Assembly: GCA_002413075.1 (NCBI GenBank)
Contig: DHWG01000069.1
Span: 2,119-54,466, forward strand
Direction of reading: 5' to 3'
Length of the DNA stretch: 52,348 nucleotides
DNA from: Desulfosporosinus sp. UBA5188
Lineage (GTDB): Bacteria > Bacillota > Desulfitobacteriia > Desulfitobacteriales > Desulfitobacteriaceae
Shown here one piece after another: positions 9,780 to 18,402 of the stretch. The position numbers and the translations under genes were made by a program. The notes below the pieces were generated by a model. That model had not been told where the DNA came from, searched no databases, and worked only from the letters and a program-made list of their open reading frames with translations. Every line of letters starts with the position of its first letter. Positions within the stretch are counted from its first letter, which is position 1.

Positions 9780-10564
9780 TTTTCAGTGCCTTGCCGATAT
9801 TCGTGTGTAAAAGTAGGGTCATAGAGCTTTGAACGAGCGTATCCGTTCACCGGGTCTAAGAAATCGCCCACAAGAATTTGCGCCTGTTTACGAATTCCTG
9901 CAACCTTAACTTTTTCTACGATCGTTTCTAAGGTCCCCAGAAGGACCTCTTCATCTGGCCAACTTGCTTTCGCGATCACGGCAATGGGGGTAGCGGCAGG
10001 GTAGCCGCCTTCCAGCAATGCTTCGACGACAGCACCCATATCCTGAACACTTAGGAAAATCGCCATGCTCGCTTGATGCTTGGCTAAGTTTGCCAACGCT
10101 TCACGCTCTGGTACGGGGGTGCGTCCAGCCATGCGAGTAAGAATCAAGGTCTGACTGATATCTGGTAATGTAAACTCCCGTTTAATGGCTGCTGCAGCTG
10201 CAAAAACCGAGCTGACCCCTGGAATGACCGTATACGGAATAGATTCCTTGTCCAAATGGTCGAATTGTTCCTTGACTGCCCCGTACATACTAGGATCTCC
10301 CGTATGGAGACGAACAATAGTTTCCCCTTGTCTTGTTCCCTCATCCATCAAAGCGAGAACCTCTTCGAGCGTAAGGTGAGCACTGTCATGAACAGGTGTT
10401 TCCGGACGACAAAGTTTGAGTAGTGTCGGGTTAACTAAAGATCCGGCGTAAATCACTCGGTCCGCATTTTCCAGTGCACGGGACCCTTTAACCGTTATCA
10501 GTTCTGGATCACCTGGACCAGCTCCTACGAAGATTACTTTACCGTTAGCTTTTTTCTGGCTCAC
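9776..10564 (-). CDS. cbiF: Cobalt-precorrin-4 C11-methyltransferase
   Basis: GAGPGDPELITVKG, YAGSLV, RLHTGDPSMYG, SKLYD; start moved to GTG 10564 behind GGGAGG. Confidence 0.95.
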   Translation of the reverse strand: MSQKKANGKVIFVGAGPGDPELITVKGSRALENADRVIYAGSLVNPTLLKLCRPETPVHDSAHLTLEEVLALMDEGTRQGETIVRLHTGDPSMYGAVKEQFDHLDKESIPYTVIPGVSSVFAAAAAIKREFTLPDISQTLILTRMAGRTPVPEREALANLAKHQASMAIFLSVQDMGAVVEALLEGGYPAATPIAVIAKASWPDEEVLLGTLETIVEKVKVAGIRKQAQILVGDFLDPVNGYARSKLYDPTFTHEYRQGTEK

Positions 10565-11282
10565 TATTTTCCCTCCCCAACAAATCTTTTTTGACGAGTA
10601 ATAAACTGAGATAATCAATTTTTTCAGAGGTGAAATCCTGAGGTTTAGGTTCCCATCGGATTTTCTCACCAACTTGTCCCAGGCGGGTTAACAAGACTGC
10701 TTTTCTCCCACGTTCTTCGAGGTGCGTCAAAATCTCAGGTAGTCTTCGAGAGACTTTCATTAAGACTAAATTGGGGAAGTCGAGGAACTCTCCAACATCT
10801 TCAGTACTTGGCAAAATCAGGAGGGGCTCATCTCCTGTGGCAAGAGGCAAGTTAATTCTAGCTGCCGCTGCAGACATAGCCGTAATCCCAGGAACAGTTT
10901 CGATACACTCCTGAGGTAGCTCCTCTTGAAGAATGTTCAGAAGATAACTATAGGTACTATACAGAGAAGGATCTCCCAGCGTGATAAAGGCGACGGATTT
11001 TCCCTGTTTCAGTTCAGCTAAGAGAGTTTGTGCCCCAGTTTGCCAAGCCTTAGCTAAAATCTGCTTATCGGCAGTCATGGGCATTTCTAGTTCGATTAGG
11101 CGGACCTTGGAGGGACAATGAATTTTGGCTATGTCCCAGGCGACACTTTCTCGATCAAGCTTGGATTTAGGAATGGCGACAATATCCACCGCTTGTAAAA
11201 CATCGACAGCTTGCAGAGTCAAGAGACGTGGATCACCAGGACCGACCCCTACTCCGTAGAACTTCCCCCATGCTATAGTCAT
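10545..11282 (-). CDS. cbiL: Cobalt-factor II C20-methyltransferase
   Basis: GVGPGDPRLLT, TLGDPSLYSTY, VLMK; start moved to ATG 11282 behind AAGGAG. Confidence 0.93.
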   Translation of the reverse strand: MTIAWGKFYGVGVGPGDPRLLTLQAVDVLQAVDIVAIPKSKLDRESVAWDIAKIHCPSKVRLIELEMPMTADKQILAKAWQTGAQTLLAELKQGKSVAFITLGDPSLYSTYSYLLNILQEELPQECIETVPGITAMSAAAARINLPLATGDEPLLILPSTEDVGEFLDFPNLVLMKVSRRLPEILTHLEERGRKAVLLTRLGQVGEKIRWEPKPQDFTSEKIDYLSLLLVKKDLLGRENSEPEKS

Positions 11283-12511
11283 AACACTTCTCCTTTTCGT
11301 GCCGATATTATAAAGATAGGATTCAACGCTTGTGCCATATGAAGTGTTTGTACGGCTTTCCATCGAACCGCTTGAATAGAAACGGTATCGATATCTTCGA
11401 AATTTAGCTCTGTAAGCAGTTTTAAGCCTTGAGCCACTGTTTCGATCGTAACTGCCGTGATCACAATTCTCCCCCCCTTAACCAGGGGAACGGTTTCCAA
11501 TATCTCTGATAAACGCCCATTACTCCCACCAATAATACACACATCCAGTGAAGGAAGCTTCCCAAAGACATCAGGTGCAGTTCCTGGAATCAGTTGGAGA
11601 TTTTTAACGCAAAACTTGCGTTGATTGGAAAGAATTAGTTCCTGAGCCTCTGAATTATGTTCAATTGCATAAACTAAGCCTTCAGAAGCCAGACCTGCAG
11701 CTTCTATACTAATGCTTCCCGTACCAGCTCCAATATCTACGACGCGATCATATTTTGAAATTTGGGCTTTGGCCAGTACTTGCACACGAATTTCCGCCTT
11801 GGTCATGGGAACCTTTCCCCGCAGAAACTCTTCGTCTGGAATCCCAATTCTGCACCCAGTACTTTGTTTGGTGGATTGCGTGTTACTCTGAATAGTATTT
11901 TGCGGATACAGGATAACAATGGCATTCTTTAACACTGTTTTATCCCGAGCCAAATGCTCTGCATCCATTGTTTCCCAAAATTCCTCTGGATAAGCAAGGG
12001 CATTTCCGATCGATATCTGGGGATTTTTGCCGCGCTTTAAATAGAGTTGCGCGATTTTCTGAGGAGTATTTTCCCCACCGGTTAAAACCGCAGTGAGACA
12101 AGTTATGCTTTCAGGAAGTACGGATAACTCTCGACCATGTACACTAACAAAAGTTGCCTCCTGCCAAGGAATTTCAGCTCTCGCAAAAGCAAATTGAAGA
12201 GAACTGATCCCAGGATAGACGTCCATTCTCTGCTCCGGAAATTCTTTTTTAAGTCGGGGTAAAAAACTGAAAAATCCAGGGTCCCCAGAGACAAGAACCC
12301 CGACAACCTTCTCCTCCACAAGTGCGTTTCTGATCACTGAAATACTGCTGGCTAGATCTCCAGATAGAGTATACTGAAGTCCTGTAAAATCGGGAAAGAG
12401 TTGGAGAGCTCTAGATCCCCCTATTAATATTTCGCAGTTCTTTACAAGTTCAGTAATTGCCGGCGGCAACCATTCCGGTCTGCCAGGACCGATTCCGATC
12501 ACCTGTAACAT
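11279..12511 (-). CDS. cbiET: Fused cobalt-precorrin-7 C5-methyltransferase / 6B C15-methyltransferase-decarboxylase
   Basis: N-domain GIGPG, SGDPGFF, SVHGR; C-domain PMTKAEIR, DIGAGTGSIS, ALNPI; start moved to ATG 12511. Confidence 0.93.
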   Translation of the reverse strand: MLQVIGIGPGRPEWLPPAITELVKNCEILIGGSRALQLFPDFTGLQYTLSGDLASSISVIRNALVEEKVVGVLVSGDPGFFSFLPRLKKEFPEQRMDVYPGISSLQFAFARAEIPWQEATFVSVHGRELSVLPESITCLTAVLTGGENTPQKIAQLYLKRGKNPQISIGNALAYPEEFWETMDAEHLARDKTVLKNAIVILYPQNTIQSNTQSTKQSTGCRIGIPDEEFLRGKVPMTKAEIRVQVLAKAQISKYDRVVDIGAGTGSISIEAAGLASEGLVYAIEHNSEAQELILSNQRKFCVKNLQLIPGTAPDVFGKLPSLDVCIIGGSNGRLSEILETVPLVKGGRIVITAVTIETVAQGLKLLTELNFEDIDTVSIQAVRWKAVQTLHMAQALNPIFIISARKGEVL

Positions 12512-12576
12512 AAATAACCTTCTTCCCTGAATTTTCGTAAGCTTCAAGAAACAACTGTATTCTAATAGTTGGGTAA

Positions 12577-12605
12577 ACAAAAATACGAACCAGAGCGGTT
12601 CGTAT
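12577..12605 (-). terminator. Riboswitch-associated intrinsic terminator (expression platform)
   Basis: Minus strand ATACGAACC-gctct-GGTTCGTAT followed by TTTTG, between riboswitch and cbiET. Confidence 0.75.
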
Positions 12606-12658
12606 GGTTTACCCTAAATAAACACACACATCACCTATTGCCCGTAGGTTTGTGATAT

Positions 12659-12809
12659 TTCTCAAGGCAGGTTTCCTGGCTTCAAATCATCATTCTCTTC
12701 CCGCAGTGACTCTGGGTATAAGAGAACTCCTTGTTTACAGTGGCGGGACCGCGTCGGACGTTCGCCGACTTCCCCTTTTATATCCTCTATCGCAGAGGAA
12801 CCTTGAGAA
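12659..12809 (-). promoter_or_regulatory. Cobalamin riboswitch upstream of cbiET operon
   Basis: Minus strand AAGGTTCC..AAAAGGGGAAGTCGG..GCGGTCCCGCCACTGTAA..GGGAAG..B12 box AAGCCAGGAAACCTGCC; closing stem TTCTCAAGG/CCTTGAGAA. Confidence 0.92.
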
Positions 12810-12982
12810 TCTTTGTATTTAATTAATTTTATGATCATCTATAAACTCATAATCTATTATTTGTGTATTATAACTTAAATCTCTCTTTTTAGAAAGGACT
12901 TTTAGGAATCCGTGCAATATTATATATTTATCGCTTAATTTTGGTTTTCATCTAACTCAAGTAAATGCTCATATTGCCAATC

Positions 12983-13012
12983 AAAAAACAGCACTCAACG
13001 AATGCCGTTTTT
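12983..13012 (-). terminator. Intrinsic terminator after cbiD
   Basis: Minus strand AAAAACGGCATTC-gtt-GAGTGCTG followed by TTTTTT. Confidence 0.75.
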
Positions 13013-13051
13013 GTCATGATTAATAGATTTGCACTCATTACACCATTGTGT

Positions 13052-14191
13052 TTACAATTCTAATTTCGGTTCCACGGACCACACCCAGCCTTGTTCCTCC
13101 ACAATCTTACGAGCTTCCAAATCCCAGCCAACGGGTTGGCCGTTCAATAACGTCATGATTGTTCCAATGCTAAGACTCCCATAAGTGAACGACTGAGCTC
13201 TTTCACTTGCTAGGTATGCTAGGTAATGAAGCAATTTTTGCTCACCAATCAGCAAGAGCTCTTTGGTGGCCCCTTCAGTCGTTGGAAACTCTGCCAGATG
13301 CTTTAATGTGTCTACGTCTACGCCAGCTAATGCAGCATGAGCCAGTAAGATTTCCATTCTGGCATCTGCGACACGATTATGGGTATGGAAAATACCCCCG
13401 GAAATCTTGATAAGCTTTCCTATATGCCCTAATAAAATAACCTGTTTTATCCCGCGATAGGCGGCTTCCTCCAAGAGATAGCCTACAAAGTTACTCATCT
13501 GTATCACGGCCTCGGCCGGGACCATAAAGCGCTCCGTTGCCACTCTATACCCATAGTGTCCTGGGGTGAGTACAATGGTTTTATGCCCATAGGCTACGGC
13601 TTGGTCCAACTCTGGTAGGATGGAGGTTTTAAACGCTTCCTCGGACATCGGCCGAACTATTCCGCTTGTACCAAGGATAGAAATTCCCCCCTTAATCCCC
13701 AATCTGGGATTAAGGGTGCGTAAGGCTGCAGTTTCTCCGTCGGGAACTTCGATGATAATTTCGAGTTCTGCTTTTGGGAAGACCTCCCGAACCGCTTCAA
13801 GGATCATACTCCTTGGTACCGGATTAATGGCACTTTCTCCAACCGAGAGCGCCAATCCTTTTTTGGTCACGGTCCCAACCCCTTGCCCCCCCAGGATGTG
13901 GACCTCTCCTTGTGGGGAAATATAACGCGCAATCGCCTGAATCTCAAGGCCATGCGTAATATCCGCATCATCTCCGCCGTCTTTCAGAATACTTGCCCTA
14001 GCCTCTGGATATCCAGCCTTCCCTCCATGGATTGGCATCGTTAAGCGTGCAGAATTTGGTAGTGTAATCTCTACTTGCACGGCTAAACTGTCCCCTTTAA
14101 GTAGTAGACAGGCAACTTTAGCAGCACCAGCGGCACAACTACCCGTAGTATATCCTTCGCGCCAAGTATGTCGATCTTTATCTCGTGCCAT
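13052..14191 (-). CDS. cbiD: Cobalt-precorrin-5B C1-methyltransferase
   Basis: GYTTGSCAA, KDGGDDADITHG, AINPVP, LGIKGGISILGTSGIVRPMS, GHIGKL. Confidence 0.96.
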   Translation of the reverse strand: MARDKDRHTWREGYTTGSCAAGAAKVACLLLKGDSLAVQVEITLPNSARLTMPIHGGKAGYPEARASILKDGGDDADITHGLEIQAIARYISPQGEVHILGGQGVGTVTKKGLALSVGESAINPVPRSMILEAVREVFPKAELEIIIEVPDGETAALRTLNPRLGIKGGISILGTSGIVRPMSEEAFKTSILPELDQAVAYGHKTIVLTPGHYGYRVATERFMVPAEAVIQMSNFVGYLLEEAAYRGIKQVILLGHIGKLIKISGGIFHTHNRVADARMEILLAHAALAGVDVDTLKHLAEFPTTEGATKELLLIGEQKLLHYLAYLASERAQSFTYGSLSIGTIMTLLNGQPVGWDLEARKIVEEQGWVWSVEPKLEL

Positions 14192-14241
14192 AGTTTCTCT
14201 CCCGTTATCACTTTTATTGAAAGAATTAATCGTTCATAGAA

Positions 14242-14270
14242 AGTATAAATCATGTGGTGCCTTAGTTCAA
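14242..14270 (-). promoter_or_regulatory. Putative sigma-A promoter for cbiD
   Basis: TTGAAC (14270-14265), 17 bp spacer, TATACT (14247-14242). Confidence 0.6.
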
Positions 14271-14301
14271 CTAAAACTGTACAATCTCATATTATGAGGG
14301 A

Positions 14302-15114
14302 TTATAATACCCCTAGGTGCAGTTTGAATCGAACAAAAAACGCCGACGTTAGTAACAGGATAAAGAAAGCTATTGCGCAGGAATCCTTGAAAGAAAATCT
14401 AATTTGACGCATCGATGTCGAAGTTCTCGTCAAGCCGTATCCTCTGTTAAGCATAGCCATTGATAATGAATTAGCCATCAGAATAGAATTGATGAACATA
14501 GGAATCATCAGGGGTAAATGCGATCGAATAGAGCCAATAATCCCCTTATTATTAAATCTTACGCCTCGCGCTTTTTGGGCCTCTATGATTAGTTGGCGTT
14601 TTTTATCCAAGGTCGGAATGAATCGTATTGCCGTTGTCAGCATCATGGTTATCTCAACAGGAACCTTCATCATTTGAAAGAATTGGATAAAATCATCTAT
14701 AGACGTGGTCAAAGTCAACACAGAAGAAGCAATCATCATACTAACAAGGCGAAAGGTAAACGTAGTACCCATTAGAAAGCCACCCACTGTTGCCCCTAAG
14801 CGGTTTCCAGGTAGCACATAAAAAAGAATTGCTTGGTTAGACGCCTGACCAAAACGCTCAGGTGCAAACGTAAATCCTGTGATTAAAATAATCGTTATTA
14901 TGATAGGAATCAAGGGAGCCACCATTCTCCCGATTTTCTGCAGAGATATTTTCATCCAGAAGGCAAGTAATCCGGTCAAAGTTACGATAAAAAGTTGATA
15001 TAAAGGGTCTTGGAATATAAATGAAAGTATAATGAGCCCTAAGAATCCATACATTTTGACTCGTATGTCGAGTCGATGGAGCAAGGTGTCGCCTGGTATA
15101 TACTCTATAGACAT
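14302..15114 (-). CDS. ecfT: ECF transporter transmembrane T component
   Basis: LHRLDIRVK, AIRFIP, AQKARG and NRGY coupling-helix Arg motifs. Confidence 0.92.
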   Translation of the reverse strand: MSIEYIPGDTLLHRLDIRVKMYGFLGLIILSFIFQDPLYQLFIVTLTGLLAFWMKISLQKIGRMVAPLIPIIITIILITGFTFAPERFGQASNQAILFYVLPGNRLGATVGGFLMGTTFTFRLVSMMIASSVLTLTTSIDDFIQFFQMMKVPVEITMMLTTAIRFIPTLDKKRQLIIEAQKARGVRFNNKGIIGSIRSHLPLMIPMFINSILMANSLSMAMLNRGYGLTRTSTSMRQIRFSFKDSCAIAFFILLLTSAFFVRFKLHLGVL

Positions 15115-16982
15115 CCTGGCTTCTCCTCACTTTCGAACATCGCAGTAAACTCACTTGCTTCTATAAAGGTTTCATGCTCTAGAATATCCGTCAATTGTAT
15201 GGAGAGTCCACATAGTTGGGGGGGTAATATGGCAGCGTCGAGAAGAATTTGTTCGTTAGTAAAAACATCTTGAGGTGCACCATCTAACAAAATCTCGCCG
15301 TCTTTCAAGACAATCACCCTCTTAGCATATTGAGCCACTAAATCCATATCATGACTGATCATAATAATTGTGGTTCCTGCAGCGTGTAGTTTGCGAATCA
15401 ATCCCATCATTGTCTGAACGCCTGTCCAGTCTGACCCAGTGGTTGGCTCGTCAATAATAAGCAGTTTGGGCTTTAATACAAGTATTGAAGCGACGGCAAT
15501 CATTTGCCGTTCTCCTTTGCCCAAACTAAACGGATGAACGCTGCGGTATCTTTCTAAGCCAGTATAGTTAAGGACCTGATCGACTCGTTCTTTGATTTCT
15601 TTTCCTTTAAAACCTGCGTTTTTAAGGCCAAATTCGAGTTCTTTTTCGACAGTCGTGGAGAAAATTTGATGATCAGGATTTTGAAAGACGTATCCAATCG
15701 TTTTGGATAAATATGAGGTATCATACTGTAAGGTATTCATGCCCTCAACGATGACCTCTCCACAGGTTGGTTTTAAAAGTCCATTAAAATGTTTCGCTAA
15801 GGTCGTTTTTCCAGCACCGTTTTGCCCAATGAACGCCACGAATTGGCCAACTTCAATCGTCATATTTATCCCTCTCAAAGCAGACTGACCTGGGCTATAC
15901 TGATAAATTAGATCATTCACTTGAACAGCGATTGCTTTCTCAGACCAGTTCATTACCTGCTTCAGAACGTGCTCATCGCCCTGCTCATTCCCTTGCCAAT
16001 GTCCGTATTTGGGTAACAATGTTCGAATCAATTCTACTGCAGATGGGATATCTAATGGGATTTGAGCCAAGGAAATCCACCGCTTTTCATAGAAATACCA
16101 ACCGATTAGGCTGACCGGTATGGGCTTTATTCCAAACTTTCGCAAAAGAAGAATGTTACGAAAGAGTTCACTTGGAACGCCTCTCCAAACCACTTCACCT
16201 TGGTTCAGTACGACGACTTCATCAGCCTTTCTAATCACTTCTTGGCTGGAGTGTTCCACCAATACAATCGTAAGGTCCTTATTCCGTCGCAAATCGTCTA
16301 ACGTTTCATAGATCTCTAATCGTCCCAGCGGATCAAGTTCTGAGGTCGGTTCGTCGAGTACCAAGATACCCGGTTCCATCACGAGAACACCCGCAATCGC
16401 TAAGCGTTGTTTTTCTCCACCAGAGAGTGCCTCCGTTAAGCGTCGATTGTACCCTTTAAGACGAACTTTTTCTAAGGCCTCATTGACTCGTTGTTTAATC
16501 TCGTTGAATGGGACCAAGAAATTGCGGGGACCAAATGCGGTATCTTCCTCAACGGTGCGACCAATAATTTGGGTCTCGGGATCCTGTAGGACAAGTCCGA
16601 TAACCTTGGACATCGACTGGATTGAGGTTCTTCCTACATTCTTCCCAGCGACACACACCTGCCCTGTTAGTTTTCCCTCCAGAAGTTGGGGAATAAGGCC
16701 GTTCAGACATAAGCTCAAGGTCGTTTTACCCGCCCCTGTGGACCCCATTAGGACCATGAATTTCCCTTTTTTCACAGTTAAGCTTACATTTCTCAAGCTT
16801 GGTTCCACTGAGTTCGGATAACGATAGGAGACATTATTGAGATCAATCGCATTTTTATCCAATCGTAAGACTCCCACTTCTTCAAGTGGGAGTGGGCCCC
16901 CGTACTCTGCTTCGGTGGGGGTAGACTCCCCCACCGAAGTCTCGATGTTCAACTTTAGTTGAACGAGTTCACTATGTTCCAC
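15105..16982 (-). CDS. ECF transporter duplicated ATPase (fused A-A'), with a 38-codon insertion at its 5' end; start GTG 16982, alternative TTG 16862
   Basis: Two Walker A (GSTGAGKT, GQNGAGKT), QDPE/QNPD Q-loops, LSGGEKQR and LGKGERQ signatures, two DEPT Walker B. Confidence 0.92.
   Translation of the reverse strand: MEHSELVQLKLNIETSVGESTPTEAEYGGPLPLEEVGVLRLDKNAIDLNNVSYRYPNSVEPSLRNVSLTVKKGKFMVLMGSTGAGKTTLSLCLNGLIPQLLEGKLTGQVCVAGKNVGRTSIQSMSKVIGLVLQDPETQIIGRTVEEDTAFGPRNFLVPFNEIKQRVNEALEKVRLKGYNRRLTEALSGGEKQRLAIAGVLVMEPGILVLDEPTSELDPLGRLEIYETLDDLRRNKDLTIVLVEHSSQEVIRKADEVVVLNQGEVVWRGVPSELFRNILLLRKFGIKPIPVSLIGWYFYEKRWISLAQIPLDIPSAVELIRTLLPKYGHWQGNEQGDEHVLKQVMNWSEKAIAVQVNDLIYQYSPGQSALRGINMTIEVGQFVAFIGQNGAGKTTLAKHFNGLLKPTCGEVIVEGMNTLQYDTSYLSKTIGYVFQNPDHQIFSTTVEKELEFGLKNAGFKGKEIKERVDQVLNYTGLERYRSVHPFSLGKGERQMIAVASILVLKPKLLIIDEPTTGSDWTGVQTMMGLIRKLHAAGTTIIMISHDMDLVAQYAKRVIVLKDGEILLDGAPQDVFTNEQILLDAAILPPQLCGLSIQLTDILEHETFIEASEFTAMFESEEKPGCL
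16859..16972 (+). mobile_element. 114-bp non-autonomous IS200/IS605-type miniature element (PATE-like)
   Basis: Three inverted repeats (16870-16893, 16910-16939, 16947-16964); preceded by TTTAT (16854-16858); ends GTTCAC; AAGA and GATG sit directly 5' of the first and last hairpins; deleting it leaves a normal-length ATPase N-terminus. Confidence 0.75.
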
Positions 16983-16999
16983 GGTTTTCACCTCATAAC

Positions 17000-17515
17000 C
17001 TATATGAGCCGACTGCCCTTAATTGCTTTGTAGGCTACTGCCGAAATAATAACATTGAGAGCTGCTCCTACGACAAGAAAAGGCATTAGACCCAGAACGC
17101 CTCCCATACCCATAATTGGAAGCATAGCGAAGGCGGATACAACCCCATTAAGGATAATTGCAACGATGACTGCAGGAATTAAACCAAGCTTCTCATTAAC
17201 CCAGCGATAGGTCACCGCCCAGATAGCCATTTGTAAAGCAATATACAGATGGATCGGAATGGTCATAGGGAATCCAATCACTGCTGCTGTCAGCAAATGT
17301 CCAAAAGCAATAACGATGGCTCCAGTTAGTCCACCAAAGGCCAGAGCACAGAAAAAGCCAGGTGCTGAATCCATACCAATGGTTCCAACAGGACTTGGGA
17401 TCTTAATGAGGGCTCCGACTGCACTTAGGGCAATAAAAATAGCCATAATAGATAGTCTCTTGACCTTCCAAGCAGAGAGTTTTATGTCCTGTTGTTCTGT
17501 TCCTAGATGATTCAT
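17000..17515 (-). CDS. cblT: ECF S component, alpha-ribazole transporter
   Basis: Hydrophobic 171 aa with AIFIALSAVG, IKIPSPVGTIGMDSAPGF, GHLLTA..GFP; next to cblS under a B12 riboswitch. Confidence 0.82.
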   Translation of the reverse strand: MNHLGTEQQDIKLSAWKVKRLSIMAIFIALSAVGALIKIPSPVGTIGMDSAPGFFCALAFGGLTGAIVIAFGHLLTAAVIGFPMTIPIHLYIALQMAIWAVTYRWVNEKLGLIPAVIVAIILNGVVSAFAMLPIMGMGGVLGLMPFLVVGAALNVIISAVAYKAIKGSRLI

Positions 17516-17528
17516 AGAATATTCCTCC

Positions 17529-18281
17529 TCATATTTTGTACAATTTACCGATCTTTGTTAAAGGTAAATTTGGAAAACAAGAAAACTTCTGATCGAAATC
17601 CGAGAACGATGACGATGAAAAAATCAGACACGTAGACGGGCCAGCTGATTTATCTAAATTAAGAGTACAGCGAGGATCAACTCGCAAACGGGTGTCTACA
17701 GTAGAGGCAAGTTGGTCTGCTTCCCAACGTATTCCTCTTGAACCGACTGGAACTATGTCATGAATACTTGAAATCCCTAAGAGGTTCTGAATCGCTTTCA
17801 CGGGTACAATTTCTGGATCCTCTGGATTGTTAAGCTCAGGGCCTACTTTAGGAAACCCTAAACAATAGATCTCATCTCCCGGTTGAGCCGTTCCTATCCG
17901 TAACTTGTTTTTCTCAGCCACACCAATCACACTGATCCCCAGACCTGTTTGTTGCGTAAGCATGTTTTTTTCCGTGCTGATGGCCATAGGTAGTGTTATT
18001 AATCCAGCTGATTCTAGTTCATCGTTCACCCCCCTTAATAATTCTTCCCCGGTGGGGTACGGCTCATTCGAAATCGCAACGGTCAGCATCTGAGGCACAG
18101 CCCCTGTGGCAAGGACTTCCAACAAAGCAACTCGTGCGGTTAACTTTCCTGTAATGAACCATGAAATCTTGAGCGCATCTAATTCCTTCATACCAATTGC
18201 GCCACAGGAATCGCACGAAGCCACCAAATACTGAGCGTTGTTTATTAAAACGACCTCAACATCCCGACCAAGATATCCCAA
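17529..18281 (-). CDS. cblS: Alpha-ribazole kinase (PurM/AIR synthase-like fold)
   Basis: RD..CDSCGAIGMKELD, ARVALLEVLATGA, STEKN, PKVG, PVGSRGI, KSAGPST. Confidence 0.82.
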   Translation of the reverse strand: MGYLGRDVEVVLINNAQYLVASCDSCGAIGMKELDALKISWFITGKLTARVALLEVLATGAVPQMLTVAISNEPYPTGEELLRGVNDELESAGLITLPMAISTEKNMLTQQTGLGISVIGVAEKNKLRIGTAQPGDEIYCLGFPKVGPELNNPEDPEIVPVKAIQNLLGISSIHDIVPVGSRGIRWEADQLASTVDTRLRVDPRCTLNLDKSAGPSTCLIFSSSSFSDFDQKFSCFPNLPLTKIGKLYKI

Positions 18282-18312
18282 TCATTTCACCCCCATTACT
18301 CATAAGGTACAT

Positions 18313-18379
18313 AAAAAAGCTCATAGTCTAATTTTCATTATCAACTTCGCCGTTGATATGAAAACCGACCATGAACTTT
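18313..18379 (-). terminator. Long hairpin plus U-tract, expression platform of second riboswitch
   Basis: Minus strand AAAGTTCATGGTC..TTTTCATATCAAC-ggcgaa-GTTGATAATGAAAA..GACTATGAGC followed by TTTTTT. Confidence 0.7.
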
Positions 18380-18402
18380 ACCTTAATTCATGACTTACTT
18401 AG

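Noticed and set aside
16859-16972. Element as CRISPR repeat, intrinsic terminator, riboswitch or intron
   Set aside because: No repeat-spacer array, no U-tract after the stems, no aptamer consensus, far too short for a self-splicing intron
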